Assembly: GCA_023662865.1 (NCBI GenBank)
Contig: JAMPIK010000009.1
Location: forward strand, 3,791 to 67,790
Reading direction: 5' to 3'
Source: Prevotella sp.
GTDB lineage: Bacteria; Bacteroidota; Bacteroidia; Bacteroidales; Muribaculaceae
DNA: 64,000 nt
Numbering within the stretch: the stretch's first letter is position 1; every line of letters begins with the position of its first letter. Below the pieces are notes generated by a model. It searched no databases. It was not told the origin of the DNA and was given only the letters and a program-made list of their open reading frames with translations. Of this stretch, positions 9,524-19,301 are shown piece after piece. Both the position numbers and the translations under genes were made by a program.

Positions 9524-10816
9524 ATGAAAAAGTATATATTACCGATAGCCCTGTTGAGCGTGTGCTCAATGCCGGCAATGGCCGGCCCGGATCCCGACCC
9601 GGCCAATGAAACAAAAACCGTTTCCACAACTACTACAACCAATGCCGATGGCAGTGTAACCACAACCACCGTGACTGAAACAGTGACAACTGCAGCAGAG
9701 GCGAGTGCGTCCAACTCGGCAGAGCCAAAATTTAAGGTGACTCCAACAGGGCGTATCCTCATGGACGGAGCCGTGTTTACTTCCAATGAGATGGAACTCT
9801 TCCCGGCCGGTGTCGCCATACCGGATGCTCGCTTGGGTGTAAAGGCATCATACGGTAAATGGAGCGCAAAGGTTGATATAGGTTTTGCCTACGGCAAAGT
9901 TTCTTTGAAAGACATATTTGTGCAGCACACATTCAATTCCAACAACTTGCTGCGTTTCGGTTACTTCATTCAGCAGTTCGGCCTTCAGAGCGCTACAAGT
10001 TCTTCAATGAAAATCAGCATGGAGGAGCCGCTCGTAAATGAAGCTCTCAACAATCCGCGTGTGCTCGGCGCAATGTATGTGTTTGACAAAGGTCAGTTCT
10101 TCGCAACCGCGTCATTGTATGCAGAGAGCAAAGCGATGACATTCAACACTACACAAATGCGCAAAACCGGCTACGGCGGTATGTCACGCCTTGTATGGCG
10201 TCCGCTTATGGGAGGCTATGAAGACGGCAGAAACATGGCGCAAGTAGGTATGTCATTCCAAGCCGGTTCGCCACAGTTTAACGGCAACCCGGACGCACCG
10301 GACAACCATGTATATTCCATCGCGTCCAACTTCCCTACCCGCGTTGCCAAGGTGCAGGCAGTAGGTGCAAATGTGCAAGACGTGAACTCAATGTTCAAGT
10401 TTACACCCGAGCTCCTTCTTGCTCACGGCCCGATAGCTCTTGAAGCACAGTACTACTATATGCAGCTTCATCGTCTGCGTGACCTTCCCACTTATAAGGC
10501 ATGGGGTGCTTACGGAATGCTTCGTTACCTCGCAATCGGCGGCGATTACAAATACTCACATGCTGATGCCGGCATCGCAACCCCCAATCCGAAGAGCCTT
10601 GAACTTGTACTCGGTTACAACTATATCAATACCACCAGCAAGAAAGCCGGTATCTACGGCGGTCGCGCACAAGACGTTTCTCTTACAGCCAACTGGTACA
10701 TCAACAAGTATATGATTTGGCGTTTCAGAGCAGCTTACACTCACCGCTTTGACAAGCTGGGCGACCCGGACATCAATCTCGGCGCACTCCAAACTCGCTT
10801 CCAGATTATTTTCTGA
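9524..10816 (+). CDS. Phosphate-selective porin (OprO/OprP family)
   Basis: Signal peptide, GRILMDGA, DARLG, amphipathic beta strands, C-terminal Phe (QTRFQIIF). Confidence 0.8.
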   Translation: MKKYILPIALLSVCSMPAMAGPDPDPANETKTVSTTTTTNADGSVTTTTVTETVTTAAEASASNSAEPKFKVTPTGRILMDGAVFTSNEMELFPAGVAIPDARLGVKASYGKWSAKVDIGFAYGKVSLKDIFVQHTFNSNNLLRFGYFIQQFGLQSATSSSMKISMEEPLVNEALNNPRVLGAMYVFDKGQFFATASLYAESKAMTFNTTQMRKTGYGGMSRLVWRPLMGGYEDGRNMAQVGMSFQAGSPQFNGNPDAPDNHVYSIASNFPTRVAKVQAVGANVQDVNSMFKFTPELLLAHGPIALEAQYYYMQLHRLRDLPTYKAWGAYGMLRYLAIGGDYKYSHADAGIATPNPKSLELVLGYNYINTTSKKAGIYGGRAQDVSLTANWYINKYMIWRFRAAYTHRFDKLGDPDINLGALQTRFQIIF

Positions 10817-11031
10817 TGACAAATCTTTTCAGGAAGATATATACACTTTATGCCGACGGATTTCGCTCCATGACCGTGGGGCGAAGTCTGTGGCTTATGA
10901 TTGTCATAAAATTGCTTATTCTGTTTGCCGTGCTTAAAGTGTTCTTCTTCCCTGACCTGCTCTCTTCCGGCTACGACAACGACTCGGATCGCGCTGAAGC
11001 CGTACGCTCCACATTCACAGACAAACGATAA
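10816..11031 (+). CDS. DUF4492 small membrane protein, cydAB-associated
   Basis: LYADGFRSMTVGRSLWLMIVIKLLILFAVLKVFFFP; lies immediately before cydA. Confidence 0.85.
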   Translation: MTNLFRKIYTLYADGFRSMTVGRSLWLMIVIKLLILFAVLKVFFFPDLLSSGYDNDSDRAEAVRSTFTDKR

Positions 11032-11037
11032 ATAAAT

Positions 11038-12609
11038 ATGAATGACTTGATTCAAACCGTAGACTGGTCGCGCGCACAATTCGCCCTGACAGCCATGTAT
11101 CATTGGCTCTTTGTGCCGCTGACTATCGGCCTGTCAATTATCGTGGCCGTTATGGAATCCATATATGTCCGCAAGGGAGAACAAAAATGGAAAAGTATCA
11201 CCAAGTTTTGGATGACTTTGTTCGGCATTAATTTTGCCTGCGGAGTAGCCACCGGCATTATTCTGGAATTTGAGTTCGGCACAAACTGGAGCAACTACTC
11301 ATGGTTTGTGGGCGACATTTTCGGCGCACCGCTTGCCATTGAGGGTATCGTGGCCTTCTTTATGGAAGCTACATTTGTTGCCGTGATGTTCTTCGGTTGG
11401 AATAAAGTCAGCCGCCGCTTTCACCTTGTTTCCACATGGCTTGTGGCGGCGGGGGTTAGTTTGTCGGCTCTTTGGATACTCATTGCCAATGCGTGGATGC
11501 AGAACCCCGTGGGCATGGAGTTTGACCCGGCACAGATGCGTAATGTGATGTCAAACTTCACCGAAGTGGCATTCAATTCCCTTGCCATGAATAAATTCTT
11601 CCATGCCGTATTTTCCGGTTGGGCACTTGCCGGTGTGTTTGTAATCGGTGTGAGCAGTTGGCTGTTGTGGAAGAAGCGCAACAAAGATGTGGCGCTCCCC
11701 TCAATCAAAGTGGGTGCATGTGTAGGGCTTGTCGGCCTATTGCTTACCATTTACACCGGCGATGGTTCGGCAGTGCAGGTAGCTCGGCATCAACCTATGA
11801 AACTCGCGGCCATGGAAGGATTGTACAAAGGCAAGGTCGGTCAGGAGCTTGTAGGCTTCGGTATTCTCAACCCTGACAAAAAGCCCGGTGACAACCAAGA
11901 AGCAATACATGCAGAAATTTCAATACCATATGGGTTGTCAGTCCTTGCAAACCATGATGCCAACAGCTTTGTGCCGGGTATTGATGACCTCATAGACGGT
12001 ATAGAGCTTACACCGCAAGGTGATACAATTTACACCGATTCATATGCAAAACGCATTGAAATGGGCCGCATGGCTCGCCAAGCACTTGCCGATTTCGGCA
12101 ATGCGCAAAAGCAGGGCAACAAAGCCGCCATGGAGAGTGCACAGTCGGTATTGGCCGAGAATTACAAATATTTCGGTTACGGTTATCTTGACAAACCGGA
12201 AGATGCCGTTCCCCCCGTGGGCTTGACATTCTACGCTTTCCGTATTATGGTGACATTGGGCGGTGTGCTGATTCTCATCTTCCTTGTCTCTCTGTTCTCA
12301 TTGAAATGGAAACCTGCGTGGCTTGATATGAGGTGGTACCAATGGCTTGGTATGCTGTCCATTCCAATGGTATGGGTATGCTCGCAAGCCGGGTGGATTG
12401 TGGCCGAAGTAGGTCGTCAGCCGTGGGTGATACAAGACATTATGCCGACCGGAGTGGCCGTTTCAGACATATCCTCCGGTTCAGTGCAGACTACTTTCTG
12501 GATTTTCGCTGTCTTGTTCACTCTCATGCTTGCAGCCGAAATTTCCATTATGCTGCGCTATATAGCACGTGTGTCGAAAACAGATATGTTAAACAATCCT
12601 AAACTCTGA
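11038..12609 (+). CDS. cydA: Cytochrome bd ubiquinol/menaquinol oxidase subunit I
   Basis: HWLFVPLT, EFEFGTNWS, HQPMKLAAMEG, EVGRQPW. Confidence 0.98.
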   Translation: MNDLIQTVDWSRAQFALTAMYHWLFVPLTIGLSIIVAVMESIYVRKGEQKWKSITKFWMTLFGINFACGVATGIILEFEFGTNWSNYSWFVGDIFGAPLAIEGIVAFFMEATFVAVMFFGWNKVSRRFHLVSTWLVAAGVSLSALWILIANAWMQNPVGMEFDPAQMRNVMSNFTEVAFNSLAMNKFFHAVFSGWALAGVFVIGVSSWLLWKKRNKDVALPSIKVGACVGLVGLLLTIYTGDGSAVQVARHQPMKLAAMEGLYKGKVGQELVGFGILNPDKKPGDNQEAIHAEISIPYGLSVLANHDANSFVPGIDDLIDGIELTPQGDTIYTDSYAKRIEMGRMARQALADFGNAQKQGNKAAMESAQSVLAENYKYFGYGYLDKPEDAVPPVGLTFYAFRIMVTLGGVLILIFLVSLFSLKWKPAWLDMRWYQWLGMLSIPMVWVCSQAGWIVAEVGRQPWVIQDIMPTGVAVSDISSGSVQTTFWIFAVLFTLMLAAEISIMLRYIARVSKTDMLNNPKL

Positions 12610-12614
12610 ATACC

Positions 12615-13754
12615 ATGACTGAACTTGCATTATATCAAAACTATTGGTGGCTGATTATCTGTGTGCTCGGAGCAGCTTTGGTATTCATGCTGTTTGTGTT
12701 GGGCGGCCAGTCAATGCTCTTGGGTAAATATAATGAAACCGACAAACAGCTTATGGTTAACTCTTTGGGTAGAAAATGGGAGCTGACGTTCACTACTCTG
12801 GTAGTGTTCGGCGGAGCATTCTTTGCCTCCTTCCCCTTGTATTATTCCACGAGCTTCGGCGGTGCGTATTGGTTGTGGATGGCCATACTTTTCTGTTTCG
12901 TATTCCAAGCGTTCAGCTATGAATTCAGGCGCAAAAAAGGGAACCTGTACGGCACATGCGTGTATGACTTTATGCTCTTTATCGGAGGTGCGTTGGGCTG
13001 CATATTGCTCGGTGCGGCTGTGGGAATGATGTTCACCGGCGCGGAATTTACAGTGACTCGCGGCAACCTTGCCGAAGGCACTAACCCGGTAATCTCGGAA
13101 TGGGCATCCACGCACGGATTTGAAGTGATTTGCTCATGGGAGTGTCTGCTGCTCGGCTTCACAATCTTCTTCTTGGCTCGCACATTGGCAGCACTTTACT
13201 TTATCAACAACATACGTACCGATGGTAATTTTGAGCAGCGTATGCGCCGAGCCGTCTTTATCAACGGACTCATCTTCGCATTGCTCTTTATCGCATTCAC
13301 CGCCATGCTGATTCTGAATACCGGTTGGCAGGCCGACAATAACGGAGATATTACAGCAGTGCCATACCTCTACTTGAAGAACTTTATCGGTATGTGGTGG
13401 TGGGGCATACTGTTCCTGCTCGGCGTGGTGCTTGCACTTGTCGGTATAGGAGTGGGCGCATTGAGCAAGAGCCGTGGCGGCATTTGGTATGCCGGAGTCG
13501 GAGTAATATTAGTTGTGGTCAGTCTGTTGGCAGTAGCCGGATACAACAGCACTGCATATCTGCCCTCGCTTATAGACGCCAACAGCTCGCTGACGCTTGC
13601 CAACTCAAGCTCCTCGCTGTTCACACTCAAAGTGATGAGCATAGTGAGTCTGCTCGTACCCTTCGTGCTCGCCTACATTTGGTACGTGTGGCGCAAAATG
13701 AACGCCAAGCCCCTTGACAGCCGGGACGTTTCCCCCAACGAGCACCAATACTGA
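12615..13754 (+). CDS. cydB: Cytochrome bd oxidase subunit II
   Basis: Downstream of cydA; GRKWELTFTTLVVFGGAFFASFPLYY, FEYR-like YEFR motif. Confidence 0.95.
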   Translation: MTELALYQNYWWLIICVLGAALVFMLFVLGGQSMLLGKYNETDKQLMVNSLGRKWELTFTTLVVFGGAFFASFPLYYSTSFGGAYWLWMAILFCFVFQAFSYEFRRKKGNLYGTCVYDFMLFIGGALGCILLGAAVGMMFTGAEFTVTRGNLAEGTNPVISEWASTHGFEVICSWECLLLGFTIFFLARTLAALYFINNIRTDGNFEQRMRRAVFINGLIFALLFIAFTAMLILNTGWQADNNGDITAVPYLYLKNFIGMWWWGILFLLGVVLALVGIGVGALSKSRGGIWYAGVGVILVVVSLLAVAGYNSTAYLPSLIDANSSLTLANSSSSLFTLKVMSIVSLLVPFVLAYIWYVWRKMNAKPLDSRDVSPNEHQY

Positions 13755-13770
13755 TTGCAGAACATGAATA

Positions 13771-13968
13771 TTAGATTAGTATCCCGGTTTTAAGTATATC
13801 GGAATAAAGGGGATTGCTCTTATCTTCTGTCAACAGTACAGGCTCTATGAGGTTACTGATTTTGCGCTTCAATTTCCAAAGCAAAGGAGTATCGGTAAAG
13901 TAATCGTCATTCAGGTGTTCGACCACAAAGGCTATGTCTATATCACTGTCTTCTGTATAAGTGCCTTT
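13771..13968 (-). pseudogene. 5'-truncated minimal nucleotidyltransferase (MNT, antitoxin-type) remnant
   Basis: Not in ORF track (no start codon). Open frame KGTYTEDSDIDIAFVVEHLNDDYFTDTPLLWKLKRKISNLIEPVLLTEDKSNPLYSDILKTGILI*; has the DxD motif but lacks the upstream GS motif. Confidence 0.85.
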
Positions 13969-16900
13969 ATTTGGTGTTTTTTTTGATGAAAAGCAGGTAC
14001 ATTATGGGGATTATGAAGGCGTTCAGGAGGGTGGCGGAGAGCAGGCCGCCGAGGATTACTTTGGCCATAGGGCTTTGTATTTCGCCGCCGGGTTGGGAGC
14101 CGGCTATTGCGAGCGGAATCAGCGCGAGGGTGGAGGTGAGGGCGGTCATAAGTATAGGGTTCAGACGGTCGGCGGAGCCTTCAAGTACGGCTTGCATCAG
14201 TGTCAACCCTCTGTTGCAGAGGGTGTTGTAGCGGTCTACGAGCAGCATGCCGTTGCGTGTGGCTATGCCGAACAGGGAAATGAAACCGATGATTGCCGGG
14301 ATGCTCACGTTGCCGCCGGTGAACCATATTGCGAACACGCCGCCAATCAGAGCCAGAGGCAGATTGACCATAACCACGGCACTTTGCAGCGCGGAGCGGA
14401 ATTGGCCGTAGAGCAACAGGTATATTGCCAACAGAGAGAAGAGAGAGGCTATGAGCAATGTGCGAGAAGCACTTTCTTCGCTTTCGAACTGACCGCCGTA
14501 GCTTATGCGATAGTCCGGCGGCAATGACACTTTCTCATTAATCTTATTCTTGATTTCGTCAACGGCGGAACGCATATCACGTTCGGAGACGTTTGCGCTG
14601 ACAACCAGCACTCTGCTTACGTCTTCGCGATTTACGGTGTTCGGTCCGGAGGTTGAGCTGATGTCGGCCACAGCTCTCAACGGTACTTTCAAGCCGTCGG
14701 CGCAGTCAATGGGCAGGTTCCCGATTTGCTCAATGTCTTGACGATACTCCGGGGCTATTTTCACTGTGAGCGGATAAACACTGTTGCCTTCGCGGATTTC
14801 GCTTACGGATACACCCGACAGAGCTGTGTTTATGAAATTTGTGAATTCCGGCACGGTAATGCCGTAACGCGCCATCATCTGCGGACGTGGAGTGATGTTA
14901 ATCTGCGGACGGTCTATGAGTTGCTCAACATTGATGTCTTGCAGTCCGTTGACTTTCTCAATGGCTTCTTTTGTCTCTGTGCCGAGGCGGTAGAGGGTAT
15001 GCAAGTCCGGACCGAAGATTTTTATTGCGATGTTACTTTCGGTGCCGGAGAGCATGGCGTCGATTCTGTGTGAAATAGGCTGACCTATCTCAATGTTTAT
15101 ACCGGGAATTACAGACAGCTTTTTGCGTATTTCTTCACTGACCTCCTCTTTGCTTCTTCCGGCGAGTTCGTAGGGGGCTTCCATTTCGGAGGTGTTGATG
15201 CCAAGGGCGTGCTCATCGAGTTCGGCGCGACCCGTCTTGCGCGCTACTCGCTTTATTTCCGGCACACTCAAAAGCATTCGTTCCGCACGTGCGCCTATAC
15301 TGTCGCTCTGTTCAAGCGAAATTCCCGGCAGGGTGGTGACATTCACCGTGAAGGAACCTTCATTGAACGGGGGAAGGAAGTCGCGGCCCAAGAAGCTGAA
15401 CACATATAAGGCCAGAGCAAGAGCACCGGCTGTGATTGCCAGCACAATCCATTTGCAGCGGATTGCTCCTTGCAACAGAAATACGTATCCCCCTTTGAGC
15501 CAACGCACCAATCGTGGCTCGTGAGCTTTTACCACCTTTTGCGGCAACAGAAGCGAGCATAGCACCGGGGTAAGGGTGAGAGCCACAAGAGTTGAGGCGA
15601 AAAGTGCAGTGATAAAGGCGATACCCAAAGGCATGAGCATACGCCCCTCCATGCCTTGCAGGAAGAAGAGCGGCACAAAGCTCACCACAATAATAAGCGT
15701 GGAGTTGAGAATAGGCATACGCACCTCGCGGGAGGCTTCAAATACGATTTTTGTAATTTTCTGCCGTTGCTCTTTGGGGAGTTTGAAGTTTTCGCGCAGC
15801 CGCTTGTACACGTTTTCCACATCGACGATGGCATCGTCTACAAGCGAGCCTATTGCAATGGCCAGACCTCCGAGGCTCATGGTGTTGATGCTCAGATCCA
15901 TAAGCCTCATGGTGATAAGTGTTACCAGCAGGGCAATCGGTATTGTCACCAACGAAATCAGAGTGGTGCGCGGATTCATCAGGAAGATGAACAAAATCAA
16001 GGCTACAAAGATTGCGCCCTCCAACAGGCTGCGTTTTATATTGTCGATTGAAGAATCGATGAAATCGCGCTGGCGATAGAGGTCGGTGCTTACCTTTACA
16101 TCGTAAGGAATGGTTTTCTTGAGCGACTCGAGAGTGTTTTCCAACCGCTCGGTAAGCTCGATTGTGCCTACGCCCGGCTGCTTGGTTACAGTCATAAGTA
16201 CTGCCGGCTTGCCGTTTACAGAGGCGGCACCGGTGAGAGGAGAGGCATTCCCCACCTTGATGTCGGCAATGTCGCGGAGCATTATCGGAGAGCCGGCAAG
16301 AGTCTTGCTCACAACGGCTTGCTCTATTACCGCAGTGTCGGTGGTTGAGACGAGCCCGCGGATTATGAATTCATTTCCGTAATCGTAAGTTATGCCGCCG
16401 GTGGCGTTGCGAGTCATACCTTCGGTGGCTTGTGCGACATCAGCGAGCGTCACTCCAAGAGCGGACATCTTGGTAGGGGAGAGCAGGATTTGGTATTCCT
16501 TTACCTCTCCGCCCAACACGTTGACTTGCGAAACGCCCTCCACGGCAAGCAGAGCGGGAGTGAGTTGCTTGTCGGCGAGGGTACGCAAGTTGCGCATAGA
16601 GGTGGTGTCGGCAGTCAATCCGATAAACAAGACTTCGCCGAGGATTGAAGATTGCGCTCCGAGAGTAGGCTCGCCGGCACCTTGCGGAAGAGTACCGGAC
16701 ATAGAAGCCAACCGTTCGGAGACGGTCTGGCGGGCATGGTACACCTCTGTGTCCCAGTCAAATTCCACCCAAACCGAAGAGAATCCGGTAGTGCTTGACG
16801 AACGCACGCGACGCACCCCGGCGGCGCCGTTCAAGGCAGTCTCTACCGGCAGTGTGACAGTCTGTTCTACCTCCTCAGCAGCCATACCGGGAGCCTCCGT

Positions 16901-17050
16901 CATAACAACCACAGTAGGCGCGTTCAGGTCAGGGAATACGTCCACCTCCATTTTGGAGGCGCACCAACAGCCGCCCACAACAGTGATTATTGCCAATATG
17001 ATGATTGCCAATCTGTTGCGTAGGGAGAACTCTATAATCTTGTTCAGCAT
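13967..17050 (-). CDS. Heavy-metal efflux RND permease (CusA/CzcA family)
   Basis: DVFPDL, GSLVDDAIVDVENV, RLNPILMT; 1027 aa with 12-TM RND layout. Confidence 0.95.
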   Translation of the reverse strand: MLNKIIEFSLRNRLAIIILAIITVVGGCWCASKMEVDVFPDLNAPTVVVMTEAPGMAAEEVEQTVTLPVETALNGAAGVRRVRSSSTTGFSSVWVEFDWDTEVYHARQTVSERLASMSGTLPQGAGEPTLGAQSSILGEVLFIGLTADTTSMRNLRTLADKQLTPALLAVEGVSQVNVLGGEVKEYQILLSPTKMSALGVTLADVAQATEGMTRNATGGITYDYGNEFIIRGLVSTTDTAVIEQAVVSKTLAGSPIMLRDIADIKVGNASPLTGAASVNGKPAVLMTVTKQPGVGTIELTERLENTLESLKKTIPYDVKVSTDLYRQRDFIDSSIDNIKRSLLEGAIFVALILFIFLMNPRTTLISLVTIPIALLVTLITMRLMDLSINTMSLGGLAIAIGSLVDDAIVDVENVYKRLRENFKLPKEQRQKITKIVFEASREVRMPILNSTLIIVVSFVPLFFLQGMEGRMLMPLGIAFITALFASTLVALTLTPVLCSLLLPQKVVKAHEPRLVRWLKGGYVFLLQGAIRCKWIVLAITAGALALALYVFSFLGRDFLPPFNEGSFTVNVTTLPGISLEQSDSIGARAERMLLSVPEIKRVARKTGRAELDEHALGINTSEMEAPYELAGRSKEEVSEEIRKKLSVIPGINIEIGQPISHRIDAMLSGTESNIAIKIFGPDLHTLYRLGTETKEAIEKVNGLQDINVEQLIDRPQINITPRPQMMARYGITVPEFTNFINTALSGVSVSEIREGNSVYPLTVKIAPEYRQDIEQIGNLPIDCADGLKVPLRAVADISSTSGPNTVNREDVSRVLVVSANVSERDMRSAVDEIKNKINEKVSLPPDYRISYGGQFESEESASRTLLIASLFSLLAIYLLLYGQFRSALQSAVVMVNLPLALIGGVFAIWFTGGNVSIPAIIGFISLFGIATRNGMLLVDRYNTLCNRGLTLMQAVLEGSADRLNPILMTALTSTLALIPLAIAGSQPGGEIQSPMAKVILGGLLSATLLNAFIIPIMYLLFIKKNTK

Positions 17051-17064
17051 GACAGTAAACGGGC

Positions 17065-18252
17065 TTAATGGTTATGGGAATGTCCTTGGGGAGCTTTGCC
17101 GGAGTTGGCGGCAAGTTTGAGCAGTGTTGCTCCTTTGCTTACAATAGTCTGCCCGTCTTCAAGTCCGGCGGTAATCTCTACATTCAAGCCGTTGTCGCGA
17201 CCGCGTGTCACCTGCTGCTTACGATAGTGCTCCGGACTTTGCTGTATGTAAACGAAATACACCCCTTCCTCTTCAGTCACAGCCTCGCGAGGCACAGTCA
17301 GCGTGTTGGTTGTTTCCGAAGTAAGGAGCATAACCTCCACCGGTGTTCCACCGATAAGAGAACCGGGGTTGTCGAATTCAAAAGTAACCGGCACATACAG
17401 GCCGTCGGAAGACATTTTGCCGTAATTCACGATACGCGCCGCGAGGTCGGCCAACGAGAGTACCGAGCCATCGGGCAGCTGAATGTTGGCGCTTGTCACA
17501 AGAGAGATTTGCGAAGCCAGCGCGTTCGGTACATCGGCTCGAAGTTGCAAATGATTGTTACCGCTCACAGTGGCAAGCGGAGCACCCAACTCAACATATG
17601 AGCCGGGGGTGACAAGAGTGGAGGTAATATATCCGGAGACCGGGGAAGTTGCCGTTGCGTTTTTTACCGGGGCAATACCGGGGTTGGCAAGTGCGGCGCG
17701 AGCACTGTTGACTTCGGCCACCGCCTGATCATATTCAGCACGCGTAATCAGCCTGTTGACATATTGTTCTTTCACGCGAGCAAGGTTGGCTTGCGCGTTT
17801 GCCAAGTCGGCACGCAGAGCAGCGGTAGGGTCGGCCTGTACTATTTTTGCAGATGAGATATTGAACAATCTTTGTCCGGCAGTCACTTTTGTGCCGGGGG
17901 TGAGCTGCCCGGTGAAAGAGACTTCGCCGGCAAGCGGAGCCGTAATGGTGCGCTCATCGCCTTGCGCGGCAAGGATTTGTCCGGTACAGTTTATCACACC
18001 CGGAGTTGGGGTGAGACTAACTGTGGTCAGTTCCACGCCGCCGGTTCGGGCTTGTTCTTCGGTAAATACTACAATCCCTTCGTGAGAAGCCTCCTCATGT
18101 TCGTCAGCTTCTTCCTCGTGTTCGGTGTGTTCTTCGGCCTCGTGGTCGTGGTCATGTTGTTCGGCGGAGCAACTTGAAAACATCATCAACGCTGCCGCGC
18201 ATATTGCAGATGTAAATTGTCTTAAATTGATAATCAGATGTTTGTAAATCAT
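17065..18252 (-). CDS. RND efflux periplasmic adaptor (MFP), His/Glu-rich N-terminus, probable lipoprotein
   Basis: FSSC lipobox-like; HDHDHEAEEHTEHEEEADEHEE; TAPLAG and TSPVSG lipoyl halves; C-terminal GHSHNH. Confidence 0.92.
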   Translation of the reverse strand: MIYKHLIINLRQFTSAICAAALMMFSSCSAEQHDHDHEAEEHTEHEEEADEHEEASHEGIVVFTEEQARTGGVELTTVSLTPTPGVINCTGQILAAQGDERTITAPLAGEVSFTGQLTPGTKVTAGQRLFNISSAKIVQADPTAALRADLANAQANLARVKEQYVNRLITRAEYDQAVAEVNSARAALANPGIAPVKNATATSPVSGYITSTLVTPGSYVELGAPLATVSGNNHLQLRADVPNALASQISLVTSANIQLPDGSVLSLADLAARIVNYGKMSSDGLYVPVTFEFDNPGSLIGGTPVEVMLLTSETTNTLTVPREAVTEEEGVYFVYIQQSPEHYRKQQVTRGRDNGLNVEITAGLEDGQTIVSKGATLLKLAANSGKAPQGHSHNH

Positions 18253-19172
18253 AGAATTTCCGGCTCGTCCCGGTGCGGGGACGCAATATTATTTTTCAAA
18301 CGAAATTCCGTAGGCGGAATTCCCGTGTGGTGTTTGAAATATTTGCCGAAAAAACTTTGATTTGCGAAATTAAGCTTTGAGCTGATTTCCTGTACCGTCA
18401 TGTCAGTGCTGCCCAAGAGCATCTTAGCTTCCATTACAACGTAATGGTCAATCCAATCGCCGGCTGTGCGACCGCTGATTTCTTTCACAACAGAACTCAG
18501 GTGCTTGGGGGTGACACATAAGTTCTTGGCGTAGAAACTCACCTGCCGTTCAGTCTGGAAATGCTTGCATACTTCAAGAATGAACCGCGCCATGATTTCC
18601 TCCTTGCGAGTGTGTTGCGCCGGCATAGTTTGCGAGTGCATCATGCGTATGTCCATGATTTCGAACAGGGCGGCTTGCAGCAAACACAGCACCTTTTGCT
18701 CTTGGAAAGGAGTTTTTTCCTCTTCCAGTTTCAGCTTCAGGAATGTATAGAATGATTTTATTCCGATAGCTTCCTTCTCTGTCAGTTGCTGAGTAGGCAT
18801 AGTGCGGTGCTGAATAATCAGCGGCAGCATGGCCGACATTTTGGGGAGAATTTGACTGACAACCTCTTTGCTGCACACTACTACATTGCTGCTGAAATCT
18901 TCCGAGCAGCGAGTCACCTGCAAGAAGTTTTCCGGCTGAAGCACCAACAGAGTGTTCTCCTTCAGGTGATACTCCGTCAGGTCGATGACAACAGTCGACT
19001 CTCCTCTTGTGCAGAGCAAAATAGTGAGGGCATCGATGCGCAAGGGGTACTTCGGCATTTCATCGCGAGGGGTGAAAGTGTCGAAAGCCAACACATCTTG
19101 CCGGGTAGAGGTTTTTATGTAATCGGCCAAATCACGCAGCGTAATGCTGACATTCGGGTTCGGGATAATCAT
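18249..19172 (-). CDS. AraC family transcriptional regulator
   Basis: C-terminal double HTH: VSFYAKNLCVTPKHLS...LNFANQSFFGKYFKHHTG. Confidence 0.95.
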   Translation of the reverse strand: MIIPNPNVSITLRDLADYIKTSTRQDVLAFDTFTPRDEMPKYPLRIDALTILLCTRGESTVVIDLTEYHLKENTLLVLQPENFLQVTRCSEDFSSNVVVCSKEVVSQILPKMSAMLPLIIQHRTMPTQQLTEKEAIGIKSFYTFLKLKLEEEKTPFQEQKVLCLLQAALFEIMDIRMMHSQTMPAQHTRKEEIMARFILEVCKHFQTERQVSFYAKNLCVTPKHLSSVVKEISGRTAGDWIDHYVVMEAKMLLGSTDMTVQEISSKLNFANQSFFGKYFKHHTGIPPTEFRLKNNIASPHRDEPEIL

Positions 19173-19206
19173 GTCTATAAAAGAATTTATGGCAAATATC
19201 CGGCTG

Positions 19207-19301
19207 CAAAGGTACAGAAAAGGAAATGCAACCGGGTGTCAAAAATGCGCCGGAGCGGCACGACACTGCAAATATAGCACTTTTTTCGCAGAGCAGAGCA
19301 A
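19207..19301 (-). promoter_or_regulatory. Two tandem -7 boxes upstream of araC
   Basis: TACCTTTG (19207-19214) and TATATTTG (19269-19276, with TTGC 21 nt upstream) on the minus strand. Confidence 0.6.

Noticed and set aside
13967-13990. A_AAA_AAC slippery heptamer at the CusA end as a route to a CusA-MNT fusion
   Set aside because: The MNT relic is in the +1 frame; a -1 slip enters the other frame and stops after about a dozen codons.
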